Shown here one piece after another: positions 53,886 to 64,000 of a DNA stretch of 64,000 nucleotides. The notes beneath the pieces were generated by a model. That model was not told the DNA's origin, made no database searches, and worked only from the letters and a program-made list of their open reading frames with translations. The position numbers and the translations under genes were made by a program. Source of the DNA: a virus; the IMG/VR virus record IMGVR_UViG_3300033273_000208, positions 9,884 through 73,883 of that record; one strand, written 5' to 3'. The stretch's first letter is position 1; each line of letters begins with the position of its first letter.

Positions 53886-56800
53886 ATGGCAAATAGAATC
53901 CAACTAAGACGTGACGGTGCTCAGCAGTGGGCAAACGTCAACCCAATCCTCGCTCAGGGTGAACTCGGAATCGAGATCGACACTTCGCGTATTAAGATTG
54001 GTGATGGTGTTACACCCTGGAACTCGTTGAAATATGAGCGACCAATCGAGACTGAATCGAACACTGCAAATACGCTCGTCAAGCGTGATGCTGACGGTAA
54101 CTTCTCTGCAGGTGCGATTACTGGTTCTCTGATTGGTAACTCTGCAACAGCAACTCGTCTTGCCAACACTCGAACTATCACCCTTGCTGGTGACATGTCG
54201 GGTTCTGCTTCTTTTGATGGTTCTGCAAACGTCAACATCACTGCAGAACTGAACTATGTGACATCGTTGCCACACTACGACCCTGGCAACCTGTCTGCTA
54301 CTGGTACCTACACTCAGTTGACAATCGACTCTCGTGGTCGTATTATTAACGCTTCAAACCCGACAAGTTTGTCTCAGTTCGGCATTACTGACGCTCAACC
54401 GTTGGACTCCGACCTGACCTCTCTGGCAAACATGACAGGTTTTGGTTTGATCTCTAGACAGGGATCGGGTGATCTTGTCAACCGTACAATCACTGGTGCT
54501 GCTGCACGTATTGTTGTTACTAACGGTACTGGTCAGTCTGCAAACCCACTGATTGATCTTGCTGATACCCCTGTCGTTGTTGGTCAATACAACCCCAACG
54601 ACAACTTGTCAAACTCTCTGGTCTCGATTGCTGGTAACGGCAACCAGACAGTTAATGCTACACAACTGACAGTTGACCGCTATGGTCGTCTGACACAGGC
54701 ATTGACTATTCCGATTGCTACAGCAACTGAGGGTTCGATCTATCCTGCATATGACAATGGAACTGCATATGATAGGTTTGATATCATCGAAGCATCCAAT
54801 GGTCGTGTTTATCAGGCAGCAATCCGTGACATCGGTGCTGGTCTTGGCGAACCGACACATACGGATACTTCTGATGCGGGTGGTTGGAGATATCTCTGGT
54901 CTGCACAGATTGAGCAAAAAGGTCTTGCATCGTTTGCTCAGGAAGACTTTAATGTTACTGTTTGGGATGGGACCAACAGCACTATCGGCGGTCATGTAAC
55001 TATCGCTGAGAATGCAGTAGAAAACTATCAGTTACAATCCCACGGTCTGTTGATGTTCACAGACCAAAATACCACTGAAACTTTTGAGCTCGACCGAGAG
55101 CGTACCACAGATAATGCATATCATGGTATTACTAAAATCAATCACCTCAACGTCAATAATCGCGGCGGTAACGTTGCTTTCCGAGTTGTTGGCTACGATA
55201 CTGCTGAGTATCCCTTCCAACCTTCCATCCTGTCGCAGGGTAATAACTATCCCGCTGTTAATCCTGATGATCCTAACGGCAATGGGAGTGCCACCAGTGG
55301 TTCAAGTCTCACTGGCGCTGTTGACATTAACCTTGACACTACCCTTTCTGGTAATCTTACCCTCGACGTTACGAAGGTAGATCAGTTTATCAAGCGTACC
55401 AGTGGCAATCTGGAGATTGCTCTTGAAGTCGATGAGACGAGTAATCGTTCCATGGACATCAACGTTACCAACGCTGGTGCTGGTGATGCAGTTCTGAACA
55501 TCACCGCTGATCAGGACATTACTATTAGTGTTACTGATGTTGACCACAGAGTCAACGTTGAAGACTTCCATTTCCAAGACAACGTTCTATCTACCACAAA
55601 CTCCACCCTCGTCCTTGATCCTAATGATGACGACGATGTTACTGGTGTTGTTCGTATCCGTGGTGACCTGACCGTTGACGGCGTAACAACCACAGTCAAC
55701 TCGACAGTTGTTACAATCGATGACGTTATCGTTAAGTTGGGTGGCGATACTGCTCCCATCATCGATGATGGTAAAGATAGAGGTATTGAGTTCAACTACT
55801 ATGACACACAAGCACGGGTTGGATTCTTCGGTTGGGACGAAGATTACACGGACGCTAACATATGGAACGGCACTGGTGGCTATAGGTTCCTCTACAACGC
55901 GACTAACTCAAGCGAAGTTCTTACTGGTACTGACGCTCCTCTCATTGCTGGTAACCTCAGGCTCACAACAAACACAGGATCCTTATCTACCACGTCTGGC
56001 ACCCTGGTAGTAACAGGTGGTACTGGTATTTCTGAGAGACTGTATGTTGGTGGTCGCACATTCCTTGAGAGCGAGACACATGTCTATGACAACCTTTCTC
56101 TTCGTGCAGACAATAAACAGTTTTTGGTTACTACTGCTGGTAGCAACGTCAAGTTCAGAGTTGAAAGCAACACTGGTGACACTACCACTTGGGGTACGTT
56201 CTATGCTTGGGGTCAGACTCAAGTTGATGATAACGTTATCTTCAAGCAGACTTCTACTGAGTCTGGCAAGAGATTTGTCATCATGGATGACACGGTTGAA
56301 GAGTTTACTGTTGACTACACCACAGGTAATGTTCACACCGAAGGTCAACTTGATGTTGACGGCGCAGTAACCTTTAACAATACTCTTGATGTTGATGGTG
56401 CTGTAACCCTCAACAACACTTTGGATGTTGATCTGGATTCCGTCTTCCACGACGACATCACACTTGATACTAATAATAAGTTCTTCACTATTACTAACGG
56501 TGCAGTACAGACATTCCGTGTTGCATCTACAAGTGGTGATACTGATATTGAAGGTACCCTGAATGTTGGTGCTTTCAGTACATTCGAGAACACCACAAAC
56601 ATCACGGTTGATGCAACTTCTTCCGAGTCTGACATTACTCTGACTCTTGATGGCAACACTACCTTTGAGGGTGGCGTTAACATCGAGAAGGATGTTCGTA
56701 TTGCAACCGATCTCTACGTTGCTGATCGCATTGTAGTTAAGGATGCTGGCACTGCTCGTACCCGTCCTTCCCTGCTGAACAACGTCGATATCAAGTATCA

Positions 56801-59800
56801 TGCATATCTTGGTTCTAGCAATGCTCAGAACTCCACCTATGCAAATGACGCCGCTGCAAACCTGAGAGTTGCAGGTGGTGCTGGTATCGTTCAAGACCTG
56901 CACGTTGGTGATGACTTCTACGTTGGTAAAGTCGGTTCTGCTGATACAGTTGAGTTCTCTGTCCTTGGCGAATCTGGTTACACAACCATCGGTCGTGTGG
57001 GTCAGGGTAACGCTACTGACGGTGCTCTGGTTGTTCATGGTGATGCGACATTCAACCGCGAAGTCAACATTACTGGATACAACACAACCATCGGTGACGC
57101 AAATACTGACGTACTGACAGTCAATGCAGTATCCACCTTCACCGATGACGTAACCGTTAATGGTGATCTGCAAGTAGATCAGAATGTGATCATCAACCAG
57201 AACCTCACAGTCCATGGCACGACCACCACTGTGAACTCAACGGTTGTCACTATTGACGATCCCATCTTAACCCTGGGTGGTGACACTGCACCTGCATCCA
57301 ACGATGGTCTGGACAAAGGTATTGAGTTCAGATATTATGATAATACTGCACGTCTTGGTTTCTTTGGTTGGGACGAGTCTGCAGCACGCTATGCGTTCTA
57401 TCACAACGCAACAAACACCACTGAGGTATTCAGCGGCACTCGCTCGGGTATTGATGCTGGTTCTTTGAAACTGTTTGACACCACTAATGCAACAAACCCT
57501 GCTTCTGGTACTCTTATCGTTGGCGGTGGCGCTAGCGTCGGTCTCGATCTTTATGTGGGCGATGACCTCAACGTTACAGACAATGTAACTGTTGGTGGTA
57601 ACATTGCTGCAACTGGTGCAATCAGCACACAAAGCAACTTTAGTGTCCAGACAGTATTCACTGTTGCACAGACAACTGGTAACACCTACATTGGTGGTAC
57701 TCTGCAGGTCAATGGCAACGCTACGATTGGTAATGCTGGCACCGATGCACATGTCGTCACTGGTACTGTTACCTTTAACCAAGCGATCACTTCGACCGAC
57801 ATCACTGCCGATCAGATCAAAATCGGCGTTGATGCATCTAATGAAATCGGCACCACTGCTGGCAATCTGATCCTGGATTCTGCTGGTGGTACTGTTAACG
57901 TCACAGATGATCTGGACGTTGACAACAACCTGAATGTAGATGGCAACGCTATCATCGATGGCACTTTGCAGGTTGACGGTGTACTGACACTTGGTAGTGC
58001 ATCTAACCAAGTTCACACCCTGAACGGTAGTTTCCGTATGCAGGACAACCTCTGGGTGACCAACTATGCATTCATCGATGGCGTTCACATTGGTGGTAAT
58101 GGTGGTCCTCAAGGTCTCTGGGGTAATGGTGGTAATCTGATCCTCGACGCATCAACCAATATTGTTGAGGCAACTTCTAACTTCATTGTTAGAGATGACC
58201 TGACCGTTGATGATAACGTTACCCTTGGTAGTTCCAACACAGATACTCTGACGGTTAATGCTACATCGACCTTCCTTGCTGCGATTACATCTACAGACAT
58301 CACAGCAGATAATATCAAGATCGGTGTCGATGGTTCTTCCGAGATCAGTACAACCTCTGGTAACCTAACTCTGGACTCCTTCACTGGAGAGACAATCATT
58401 GATGACAATACCAACATCACTGGTACTCTGGATGTTGATGGTCAAGTAACTATCACCGATGGCATTCTTGTTAATGCTGCCAACGAATCGCTGTATCTGC
58501 AAAACGGTTCGGGAGTCAACAAGTTCGTCGTTGACTTTAACTCTGGTAATACTGACATTGCAGGCACACTCGATGTAGCTGGTGCAACAGTTCTTGCAAG
58601 CACATTCAATACTCAGGGTGCTGCAGACTTTGACAGCACAGTCAACATTGATGGTATCACTACTATCACCGATACCTCCAACTCTAACCTTGTTAGCACT
58701 CTGCTTGGCATTGGTGACATGGCATTGGATGTTGCTGGTGGTGCTAAGGTTGCTGGTAACGTGGGTGTTGGTGGAGACTTCAAGGTCTATGGTGACTTTG
58801 AGGTTGATGGTAACGTCCTTCAGAAAGGCAACCAGGAGTTCAGAGGTCGTATTGAGTTTTCCAAGAATGAGACCCCAAGTTCTCTGACTTCCAACGCACC
58901 TCTGATGGTGACGAATGGTGGTATCACAGTTTATGAGCACTCATACTTCGGTCAGGATCTCTACATCGGTCCTAACGCTGCAACCACAATCTCCCTCTAT
59001 GGTGCAACTGGTAATGCAACATTTGCTGGTACTCTGGGCGTAACTGGTGCTACAACTCTGAGCACTGTGTCTGCTTCCAGCATCACCACAACTGCATCTG
59101 TGAGCGTTGGTGGTTCGTTGCTTATCAACACCAATAAGTTTACTGTCACTGGTTCTACAGGTAATACTTCAATCGCAGGTACCCTGGATGTCACTGGAGC
59201 AACAAATCTCAACAGCACACTGAACGTTGTCAACGCTGTTGACTTTAGCAGCACGCTGAATGTTGATGGTGCAGCAACCTTCAATAGCACTATTACTCAG
59301 AACAGTACATCTCGTTTCAACGACAACATTGTTCTGCAGGGTGCAAGCAAGACACTGCAACTTAATAATGGTGCTGGCACTACCAAGATTGAACTGCAAT
59401 CGACAAGTGGCAATATCACTGCTGGCGGTCTGACAACTACCAACTCCCTGGATGTAACCACCAATACAACTATCGGTGGTACCCTGGGTGTTACGGGTCA
59501 GATCACTGGTAACCTCACTGGCGACCTCACAGGTACCGCAGACAAAGCGAATCTGGTTGATGTCACAGAGACTGCAACATCGAACCTTACTTACTATCCT
59601 GCATTCGTTTCTGCGAATACTGGATTCACCGAGATCCGTACAGACTCTCAGAACCTCACCTATAACCCCAGCACCAACACGCTGACGGTTAACAACTTCA
59701 AATCAACTACTGACTTTGAAGTCCAAGGTAACTTGAATATCACTGGCAATATTACTTATAATCAGGCACAGGTTGGTAGTATTGCAAACCACGATACCGA

Positions 59801-60596
59801 TGCTCTGGCAGAAGGCGTCACCAACCTCTACTTCACCAATGAGAGAGTTGATGATCGTGTTGCTGCATTGGTTGATGGCGGCACAGGCATTTCGGCAACG
59901 TATAACGATGCTGGCAACCTGCTGTCCCTGGCAGTTGACTTCGGTGAGATCAGCACTTCCGATCTGACAGAGGGTACAAACCTCTTCTATACCAACGCTC
60001 GTGCTGATGCTCGTGTGAATCTGCAGACGGGTTCAAACCTGGATCTGTCCCAGAAGACTACAAGCGATCTGGCAGAAGGTACAAATCTGTATCACACAAC
60101 TGCTCGTGTTCGCGGTGCAATCAGTGCAACTGGTTCACTGTCTTACAATGCATCGACTGGTGAACTGTCCTATACCGCACCCACTCTTGCTGCTGTTGCT
60201 ACTTCTGGTGCATACAGCGATCTGAGTGGTACACCTAACCTTGCTGCCGTTGCTACTTCTGGTGCATATGGTGATTTGAGTGGCACACCTAGCCTTGCTG
60301 CTGTTGCTACCTCTGGTGCATACAGCGATCTGAGTGGCACACCCACAATCAGCACCTTTGGTGCTTCTCTAGTTGATGATGCTAACGCTGCTACTGCTCG
60401 TACCACATTGGGTCTGGGTAGTGCTGCTACTACAAACAGCAGTGCTTATGCAACTTCTGCTCAAGGTACAACTGCCGATGATACTGACAGTGATCTGGAT
60501 TCTCTGTATACCGCTCTCAATGCGATCGGTACTAACTCTGCTATCACCAACGTCGCTGGTCTTAAGGCTGCTCTCGCTGCTCTCGTTCGCTCCTGA
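53886..60596 (+). CDS. long fibre protein (Mtd/hyaluronidase-like N-terminus, triple-beta repeats)
   Basis: RIQLRRD...NPILAQGELGIE.DT..IKIGDG.T.WNSL; many LxVxG repeats; TxDLxEGTNLY repeats; located before gp13. Confidence 0.85.
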   Translation: MANRIQLRRDGAQQWANVNPILAQGELGIEIDTSRIKIGDGVTPWNSLKYERPIETESNTANTLVKRDADGNFSAGAITGSLIGNSATATRLANTRTITLAGDMSGSASFDGSANVNITAELNYVTSLPHYDPGNLSATGTYTQLTIDSRGRIINASNPTSLSQFGITDAQPLDSDLTSLANMTGFGLISRQGSGDLVNRTITGAAARIVVTNGTGQSANPLIDLADTPVVVGQYNPNDNLSNSLVSIAGNGNQTVNATQLTVDRYGRLTQALTIPIATATEGSIYPAYDNGTAYDRFDIIEASNGRVYQAAIRDIGAGLGEPTHTDTSDAGGWRYLWSAQIEQKGLASFAQEDFNVTVWDGTNSTIGGHVTIAENAVENYQLQSHGLLMFTDQNTTETFELDRERTTDNAYHGITKINHLNVNNRGGNVAFRVVGYDTAEYPFQPSILSQGNNYPAVNPDDPNGNGSATSGSSLTGAVDINLDTTLSGNLTLDVTKVDQFIKRTSGNLEIALEVDETSNRSMDINVTNAGAGDAVLNITADQDITISVTDVDHRVNVEDFHFQDNVLSTTNSTLVLDPNDDDDVTGVVRIRGDLTVDGVTTTVNSTVVTIDDVIVKLGGDTAPIIDDGKDRGIEFNYYDTQARVGFFGWDEDYTDANIWNGTGGYRFLYNATNSSEVLTGTDAPLIAGNLRLTTNTGSLSTTSGTLVVTGGTGISERLYVGGRTFLESETHVYDNLSLRADNKQFLVTTAGSNVKFRVESNTGDTTTWGTFYAWGQTQVDDNVIFKQTSTESGKRFVIMDDTVEEFTVDYTTGNVHTEGQLDVDGAVTFNNTLDVDGAVTLNNTLDVDLDSVFHDDITLDTNNKFFTITNGAVQTFRVASTSGDTDIEGTLNVGAFSTFENTTNITVDATSSESDITLTLDGNTTFEGGVNIEKDVRIATDLYVADRIVVKDAGTARTRPSLLNNVDIKYHAYLGSSNAQNSTYANDAAANLRVAGGAGIVQDLHVGDDFYVGKVGSADTVEFSVLGESGYTTIGRVGQGNATDGALVVHGDATFNREVNITGYNTTIGDANTDVLTVNAVSTFTDDVTVNGDLQVDQNVIINQNLTVHGTTTTVNSTVVTIDDPILTLGGDTAPASNDGLDKGIEFRYYDNTARLGFFGWDESAARYAFYHNATNTTEVFSGTRSGIDAGSLKLFDTTNATNPASGTLIVGGGASVGLDLYVGDDLNVTDNVTVGGNIAATGAISTQSNFSVQTVFTVAQTTGNTYIGGTLQVNGNATIGNAGTDAHVVTGTVTFNQAITSTDITADQIKIGVDASNEIGTTAGNLILDSAGGTVNVTDDLDVDNNLNVDGNAIIDGTLQVDGVLTLGSASNQVHTLNGSFRMQDNLWVTNYAFIDGVHIGGNGGPQGLWGNGGNLILDASTNIVEATSNFIVRDDLTVDDNVTLGSSNTDTLTVNATSTFLAAITSTDITADNIKIGVDGSSEISTTSGNLTLDSFTGETIIDDNTNITGTLDVDGQVTITDGILVNAANESLYLQNGSGVNKFVVDFNSGNTDIAGTLDVAGATVLASTFNTQGAADFDSTVNIDGITTITDTSNSNLVSTLLGIGDMALDVAGGAKVAGNVGVGGDFKVYGDFEVDGNVLQKGNQEFRGRIEFSKNETPSSLTSNAPLMVTNGGITVYEHSYFGQDLYIGPNAATTISLYGATGNATFAGTLGVTGATTLSTVSASSITTTASVSVGGSLLINTNKFTVTGSTGNTSIAGTLDVTGATNLNSTLNVVNAVDFSSTLNVDGAATFNSTITQNSTSRFNDNIVLQGASKTLQLNNGAGTTKIELQSTSGNITAGGLTTTNSLDVTTNTTIGGTLGVTGQITGNLTGDLTGTADKANLVDVTETATSNLTYYPAFVSANTGFTEIRTDSQNLTYNPSTNTLTVNNFKSTTDFEVQGNLNITGNITYNQAQVGSIANHDTDALAEGVTNLYFTNERVDDRVAALVDGGTGISATYNDAGNLLSLAVDFGEISTSDLTEGTNLFYTNARADARVNLQTGSNLDLSQKTTSDLAEGTNLYHTTARVRGAISATGSLSYNASTGELSYTAPTLAAVATSGAYSDLSGTPNLAAVATSGAYGDLSGTPSLAAVATSGAYSDLSGTPTISTFGASLVDDANAATARTTLGLGSAATTNSSAYATSAQGTTADDTDSDLDSLYTALNAIGTNSAITNVAGLKAALAALVRS
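60186..60347 (+). repeat. 3 x 54-bp near-perfect tandem repeat (LAAVATSGAYSDLSGTPx)
   Basis: units 60186-60239, 60240-60293, 60294-60347. Confidence 0.9.
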
Positions 60597-60602
60597 TAAC
60601 TA

Positions 60603-61403
60603 ATGGCATCTCCAACATCCAAAGCAGAACTCAAGGAATACTGCCTCCGTAGACTGGGTAAACCAGTCTTGGAGGTCAACGTATCCGATGATCAAGTCGA
60701 TGACGCTATCGACTATACTCTGCAAAAGTTCCAACAGTTCCATTACGATGGGGCAGAGCGTGTATATCTCAAGCACCTGTTTACTGCTGATGAGATTGCT
60801 GCTGGCAAAACAAATACAGACCATACCGCTGTAGACAACACTACAGTTTGGCAAGAGCAGAACTCATACCTTTCAGTTCCTCAGCATATTCTCTCCATTG
60901 AGGGCATGTTTGCCTTTACCGATAAGGGCACTAAGAACATGTTTGATATTCGTTATCAACTGCGTCTGAATGATCTGTATGACTTTACGTCTACACAGTT
61001 CTATCATTACTACATGATTCAGCAGCACCTTGAGACCATTGACTTCCTGCTGGAAGGAATGAAACCCATTCGCTATTCGCAAGTACAGGATAGACTGTAT
61101 CTTGATTTCGACTGGACTGAGGATGCTCTGGAAGATCAGTATGTTGTGATCAAAGCATGGCGTGCACTTGATCCTACGACATGGACAGAAATCTATAATC
61201 AGATGTGGGTCAAGGACTACGCTACTGCAAAGATTAAAAAGCAGTGGGGTCAGAACCTCACCAAGTTCCAAGGTGTTCAGATGCCTGGTGGCGTTACCCT
61301 GAATGGTGAGATGATCTACAATGATGCTGTAGAAGAACTCAAGATCCTGGACGAACAACTTCGCACTACTTGGGAAACTCCGCCCCTAGACATGATCGGA
61401 TGA
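60603..61403 (+). CDS. gp13: neck protein gp13
   Basis: LKEYCLRRLGKPVLEVNV.DDQ; K.QWGQNL.KF.GVQMPGGVTLNG. Confidence 0.95.
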   Translation: MASPTSKAELKEYCLRRLGKPVLEVNVSDDQVDDAIDYTLQKFQQFHYDGAERVYLKHLFTADEIAAGKTNTDHTAVDNTTVWQEQNSYLSVPQHILSIEGMFAFTDKGTKNMFDIRYQLRLNDLYDFTSTQFYHYYMIQQHLETIDFLLEGMKPIRYSQVQDRLYLDFDWTEDALEDQYVVIKAWRALDPTTWTEIYNQMWVKDYATAKIKKQWGQNLTKFQGVQMPGGVTLNGEMIYNDAVEELKILDEQLRTTWETPPLDMIG

Positions 61404-61404
61404 T

Positions 61405-62520
61405 ATGGCACTTAACTCATACTTCACACAAGGCACCTCAGGGGAACAGAACCTAACTGAGGATCTGATCATCGAACAAATCAAGATGTTCGGTAAGAAT
61501 GTGTATTACGTTCCCCGCACACTTGTAAAAGAAGATAACGTCTTTACAGAGGACACCATGAGCACTTTTGATGGTGCTTATGAGATGGAGGTCTATGTAG
61601 AGGATGCTGGTGGTTTCCGTGGAGATGGAGATGTCTTCTCTAGGTTTGGTGTGCGTATCTCCGACCAAGTTACTTTTATTGTATCCAGAAAAAGATTTAC
61701 TGAGGCAGTTGATAATAACGCTACCCTCATCGTAGAAGGTAGACCCAATGAGGGTGACCTTGTTTGGTTCCCTCTTGCTGGCAAGATGTTTGAGATTCAG
61801 TTCGTAGAGCACGAAACTCCCTTCTACCAGTTGGGCAAGCAATACGTTTGGGGTCTGCGTTGTGAACTCTTCGAGTACAGCGACGAGAACTTCGACACTG
61901 GAGTTGCGGAGATTGATACTGTCGAAACTACATTCGCCAATGCTATTAAACTTGTTATGGATGCGGGTGGCACTGGAGCATTTATAGTGGGTGAAGAAAT
62001 CGTTGGCGATCTTTACCTTGCTACGGCGACTGCGACCTTAACGAGTGGTGCTGTTAGTGCTGTCACAATCACAGATGGTGGTCAGCACTACAAGTCTTCT
62101 CTGCCACCCACAGTCACATTTAGTGGAGGAGGAGGAAGCGATGCTGCGGGTACTGCTACAGTTTCTGCTGCTGGGATTGTCACTGGTATTACTATCACAA
62201 ATGGTGGCACTGGTTACACTTCTGCACCTACTGTCACAATCGACTACTCACCAAAAGATAATAGAGCAGAAGTCAAGTCTTGGAATGTCTCCACAAGAGA
62301 ACTTCAAATCATCAACCGCACAGGAACCTTTAATACTGGAGAGACCGTAACTGGTCTTACATCTGGTGCTAAATGGAGTCCTGAGTCTTACAACACTATA
62401 AATAATGTGAACTCTGAGTATGATCAGAACTTCGCCATAGAAACAGTTGCTGACGGTATTATTGACTTTACCGAGAGCAATCCGTTCGGTGAGTTCGGTA
62501 ACAAGTCTGGGACACTGTAA
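61405..62520 (+). CDS. gp14: neck protein gp14
   Basis: EQ.L.EDLIIEQIKMFG..VYY.PR; RPNEGDL..FP; PFYQLGK; DF.E.NPFG. Confidence 0.95.
   Translation: MALNSYFTQGTSGEQNLTEDLIIEQIKMFGKNVYYVPRTLVKEDNVFTEDTMSTFDGAYEMEVYVEDAGGFRGDGDVFSRFGVRISDQVTFIVSRKRFTEAVDNNATLIVEGRPNEGDLVWFPLAGKMFEIQFVEHETPFYQLGKQYVWGLRCELFEYSDENFDTGVAEIDTVETTFANAIKLVMDAGGTGAFIVGEEIVGDLYLATATATLTSGAVSAVTITDGGQHYKSSLPPTVTFSGGGGSDAAGTATVSAAGIVTGITITNGGTGYTSAPTVTIDYSPKDNRAEVKSWNVSTRELQIINRTGTFNTGETVTGLTSGAKWSPESYNTINNVNSEYDQNFAIETVADGIIDFTESNPFGEFGNKSGTL
62397..62404 (+). promoter_or_regulatory. T4-type late promoter
   Basis: TATAAATA inside gp14, upstream of gp15. Confidence 0.65.
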
Positions 62521-63317
62521 TGCTAGGAACGTATACTTATCACGAAATCATTAGGAAAACTGTCGTAGGTTTTGGCACGATCTTCAATAACATTGAGGTG
62601 CGTCGCACTAGCGGCAGTAGAACCGAGGTTATGAAGGTGCCGTTGGCATACGGTCCTAAGCAGAAGTTCTTGGCACGTTTGCGTCAAGTCGGGGATCTTA
62701 CCTCTAAGGATGCTACCCAGATCACTCTTCCTCGTATCTCTTTTGAGATGCAGGGTATTTCATACGACCCTACAAGGAAGGTTTCTCCTACTCAGTATAT
62801 TAGACACACAACTTCTGAGGGTGGCACTAACAAATCATTTATGCCTGTGCCGTACAACATCAACTTTGAGTTGTCGGTTCTGGCAAAGAATCAGGATGAT
62901 GCTCTGCAAATCATTGAGCAAATCCTTCCTATTTTCCAACCCTCGTTTAACATCACCCTTAATCTAGTCCCTGACTTAGGTGAGAAAAAAGATTATCCGA
63001 TTACATTGACTTCGGTTGATTATGAGGATGTGTATGAGGGAGACTACGATACTCGTAGAACTCTGGTATACACACTGCAGTTTGTTGCCAAGACCTATCT
63101 GTACGGTCCTGTCGCTGACGCAACCTCTGAAGTTATCACCAAGGCAATCGTTGATTATGCAACTGATTCTAAGATCACTGCTGCTCGTGAGGTACGTTAT
63201 ACAGTAACGCCTGAACCTGCAGATGCGGATCCTGATGATGATTTCGGATTCAATGAACTCTATAGTGAATATACAGATGGACTCTCAAGAAACCCAACAA
63301 CGGGCGTTGACGAATAA
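62520..63317 (+). CDS. gp15: tail sheath stabiliser / tail terminator gp15
   Basis: YHEIIRKTVVGFGT.FNNI; VPLAYGPKQKFLAR; LPRISFE; EQILP.FQP. Confidence 0.95.
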   Translation: MLGTYTYHEIIRKTVVGFGTIFNNIEVRRTSGSRTEVMKVPLAYGPKQKFLARLRQVGDLTSKDATQITLPRISFEMQGISYDPTRKVSPTQYIRHTTSEGGTNKSFMPVPYNINFELSVLAKNQDDALQIIEQILPIFQPSFNITLNLVPDLGEKKDYPITLTSVDYEDVYEGDYDTRRTLVYTLQFVAKTYLYGPVADATSEVITKAIVDYATDSKITAAREVRYTVTPEPADADPDDDFGFNELYSEYTDGLSRNPTTGVDE

Positions 63318-63720
63318 GTTTGATGGCATTGAGGATGCTCTCAATGTTCAAACTGATATTGTTCCTGTACCTGCAGAGGAAGCAGAGGTTGTGGATACAA
63401 CTGCAAGCAAAGAACAACTGAAGAAAGACTATGAGTACAGCAGGGGTCATCTCTATGCTCTGATCGAGAAAGGTCAGGAAGCAGTGGATGGTATTCTTGA
63501 GTTGGCACAGGAGTCTGATCAACCTCGTGCTTATGAGGTTGCTGGTCAGTTGATTAAGCACGTCGGTGATGTTGCAGACAAACTGGCAGATCTCCACAAG
63601 AAGGTTGCTGATATTGAGGCACCCAAGAAGAGCAAGGAAGTCAATACAACAAACAACACTATGTTTGTTGGTAGCACTGCGGATCTTGCCAAGTTCCTAA
63701 AAGCACAACAAGATAAATAG
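63307..63720 (+). CDS. gp16: terminase small subunit gp16 (start uncertain)
   Basis: DYEYSR..LY.LIEKGQEA.DGILELAQESD.PRAYEVAGQLIK; FVGSTADL. Confidence 0.93.
   Translation: MTNKFDGIEDALNVQTDIVPVPAEEAEVVDTTASKEQLKKDYEYSRGHLYALIEKGQEAVDGILELAQESDQPRAYEVAGQLIKHVGDVADKLADLHKKVADIEAPKKSKEVNTTNNTMFVGSTADLAKFLKAQQDK
63713..63719 (+). promoter_or_regulatory. T4-type late promoter
   Basis: ATAAATA. Confidence 0.65.
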
Positions 63721-63743
63721 TCTAGTAAGAACCGAGTATTGAC

Positions 63744-64000
63744 ATGTCACGTAGAGTTATTGTACAGGCAACTGAGGTTACTCTCTCTGCCCCCACCAAT
63801 CTGGGTAAAGCTAGATTGGTTAGAGTATTGAATGATACTACTGGTAGCATTATTCTTACTATCGATGATGCTGCCGCTGCTGCCGATCCTCTCCGTAATG
63901 AGTATAAAGTTCTCGGATCCAGAGACATCACCATTGCTGCTGGTGAAGAACTGTTTCTTGAAAAGGAACCACTAGAAACCATTGATGGTGCTGGTTTGAA
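63744..64000 (+). CDS. small structural/hypothetical protein (partial, runs off window)
   Basis: MSRRVIVQATEVTLSAPTNLGKARLVRVLN... open to the window end. Confidence 0.7.
   Translation, partial: MSRRVIVQATEVTLSAPTNLGKARLVRVLNDTTGSIILTIDDAAAAADPLRNEYKVLGSRDITIAAGEELFLEKEPLETIDGAGL

Noticed and set aside
53886-60596. Diversity-generating retroelement target, suggested by the Mtd-like N-terminus
   Set aside because: No reverse transcriptase, template/variable repeat pair or C-type lectin C-terminus in the window; the N-terminal motif is a generic virion-attachment domain.
14845-62350. Numerous long minus-strand and alternate-frame ORFs (up to 541 aa, e.g. 34338-35963, 32811-34334, 24561-25961)
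   Set aside because: Antisense or out-of-frame shadows of large + strand genes, caused by codon bias; no recognisable motifs, RBS or promoters.

Overview
This is a 64-kb segment of a T4-like marine cyanomyovirus, with every credible gene on the + strand. (1) 1-7.8 kb: an early, hypervariable cluster of about 30 small ORFs driven by six copies of a bipartite promoter (GTG[A/C]CA..TCCAC box about 52 bp upstream of a -10). It includes a minimal EcoRI-fold endonuclease, two 2OG-Fe(II) oxygenases, several single-TM micropeptides, very acidic proteins and a peptide ending in a clamp-binding-like QLELF. (2) 7.8-9.1 kb: a partly non-coding hinge with a cluster of perfect cyanobacterial DnaA boxes (TTTTCCACA), a sigma70 promoter and AT-rich/palindromic DNA, a candidate origin. 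(3) 9.5-64 kb: the late baseplate/tail/neck cluster under ATAAATA promoters (PAAR gp5.4-like, gp25, gp6, a 7523-aa gp7, YHYH protein, gp9/10-like, gp8, a large VrlC/DUF4815-like protein, a fibre, gp13, gp14, gp15, gp16). Top leads: (a) the orphan EcoRI-like nuclease keeps the AATT-reading motif, and I could find no AATT (nor CCGG) anywhere in the window, suggesting a phage restriction system with self-protection by site avoidance instead of methylation; (b) gp7 appears to be built by 'Russian-doll' nested domain insertion (9 N-terminal strands followed by 9 domain bodies; 4 helical bodies followed by 4 closing helices). All k-mer and family calls come from reading by eye and need computational confirmation.
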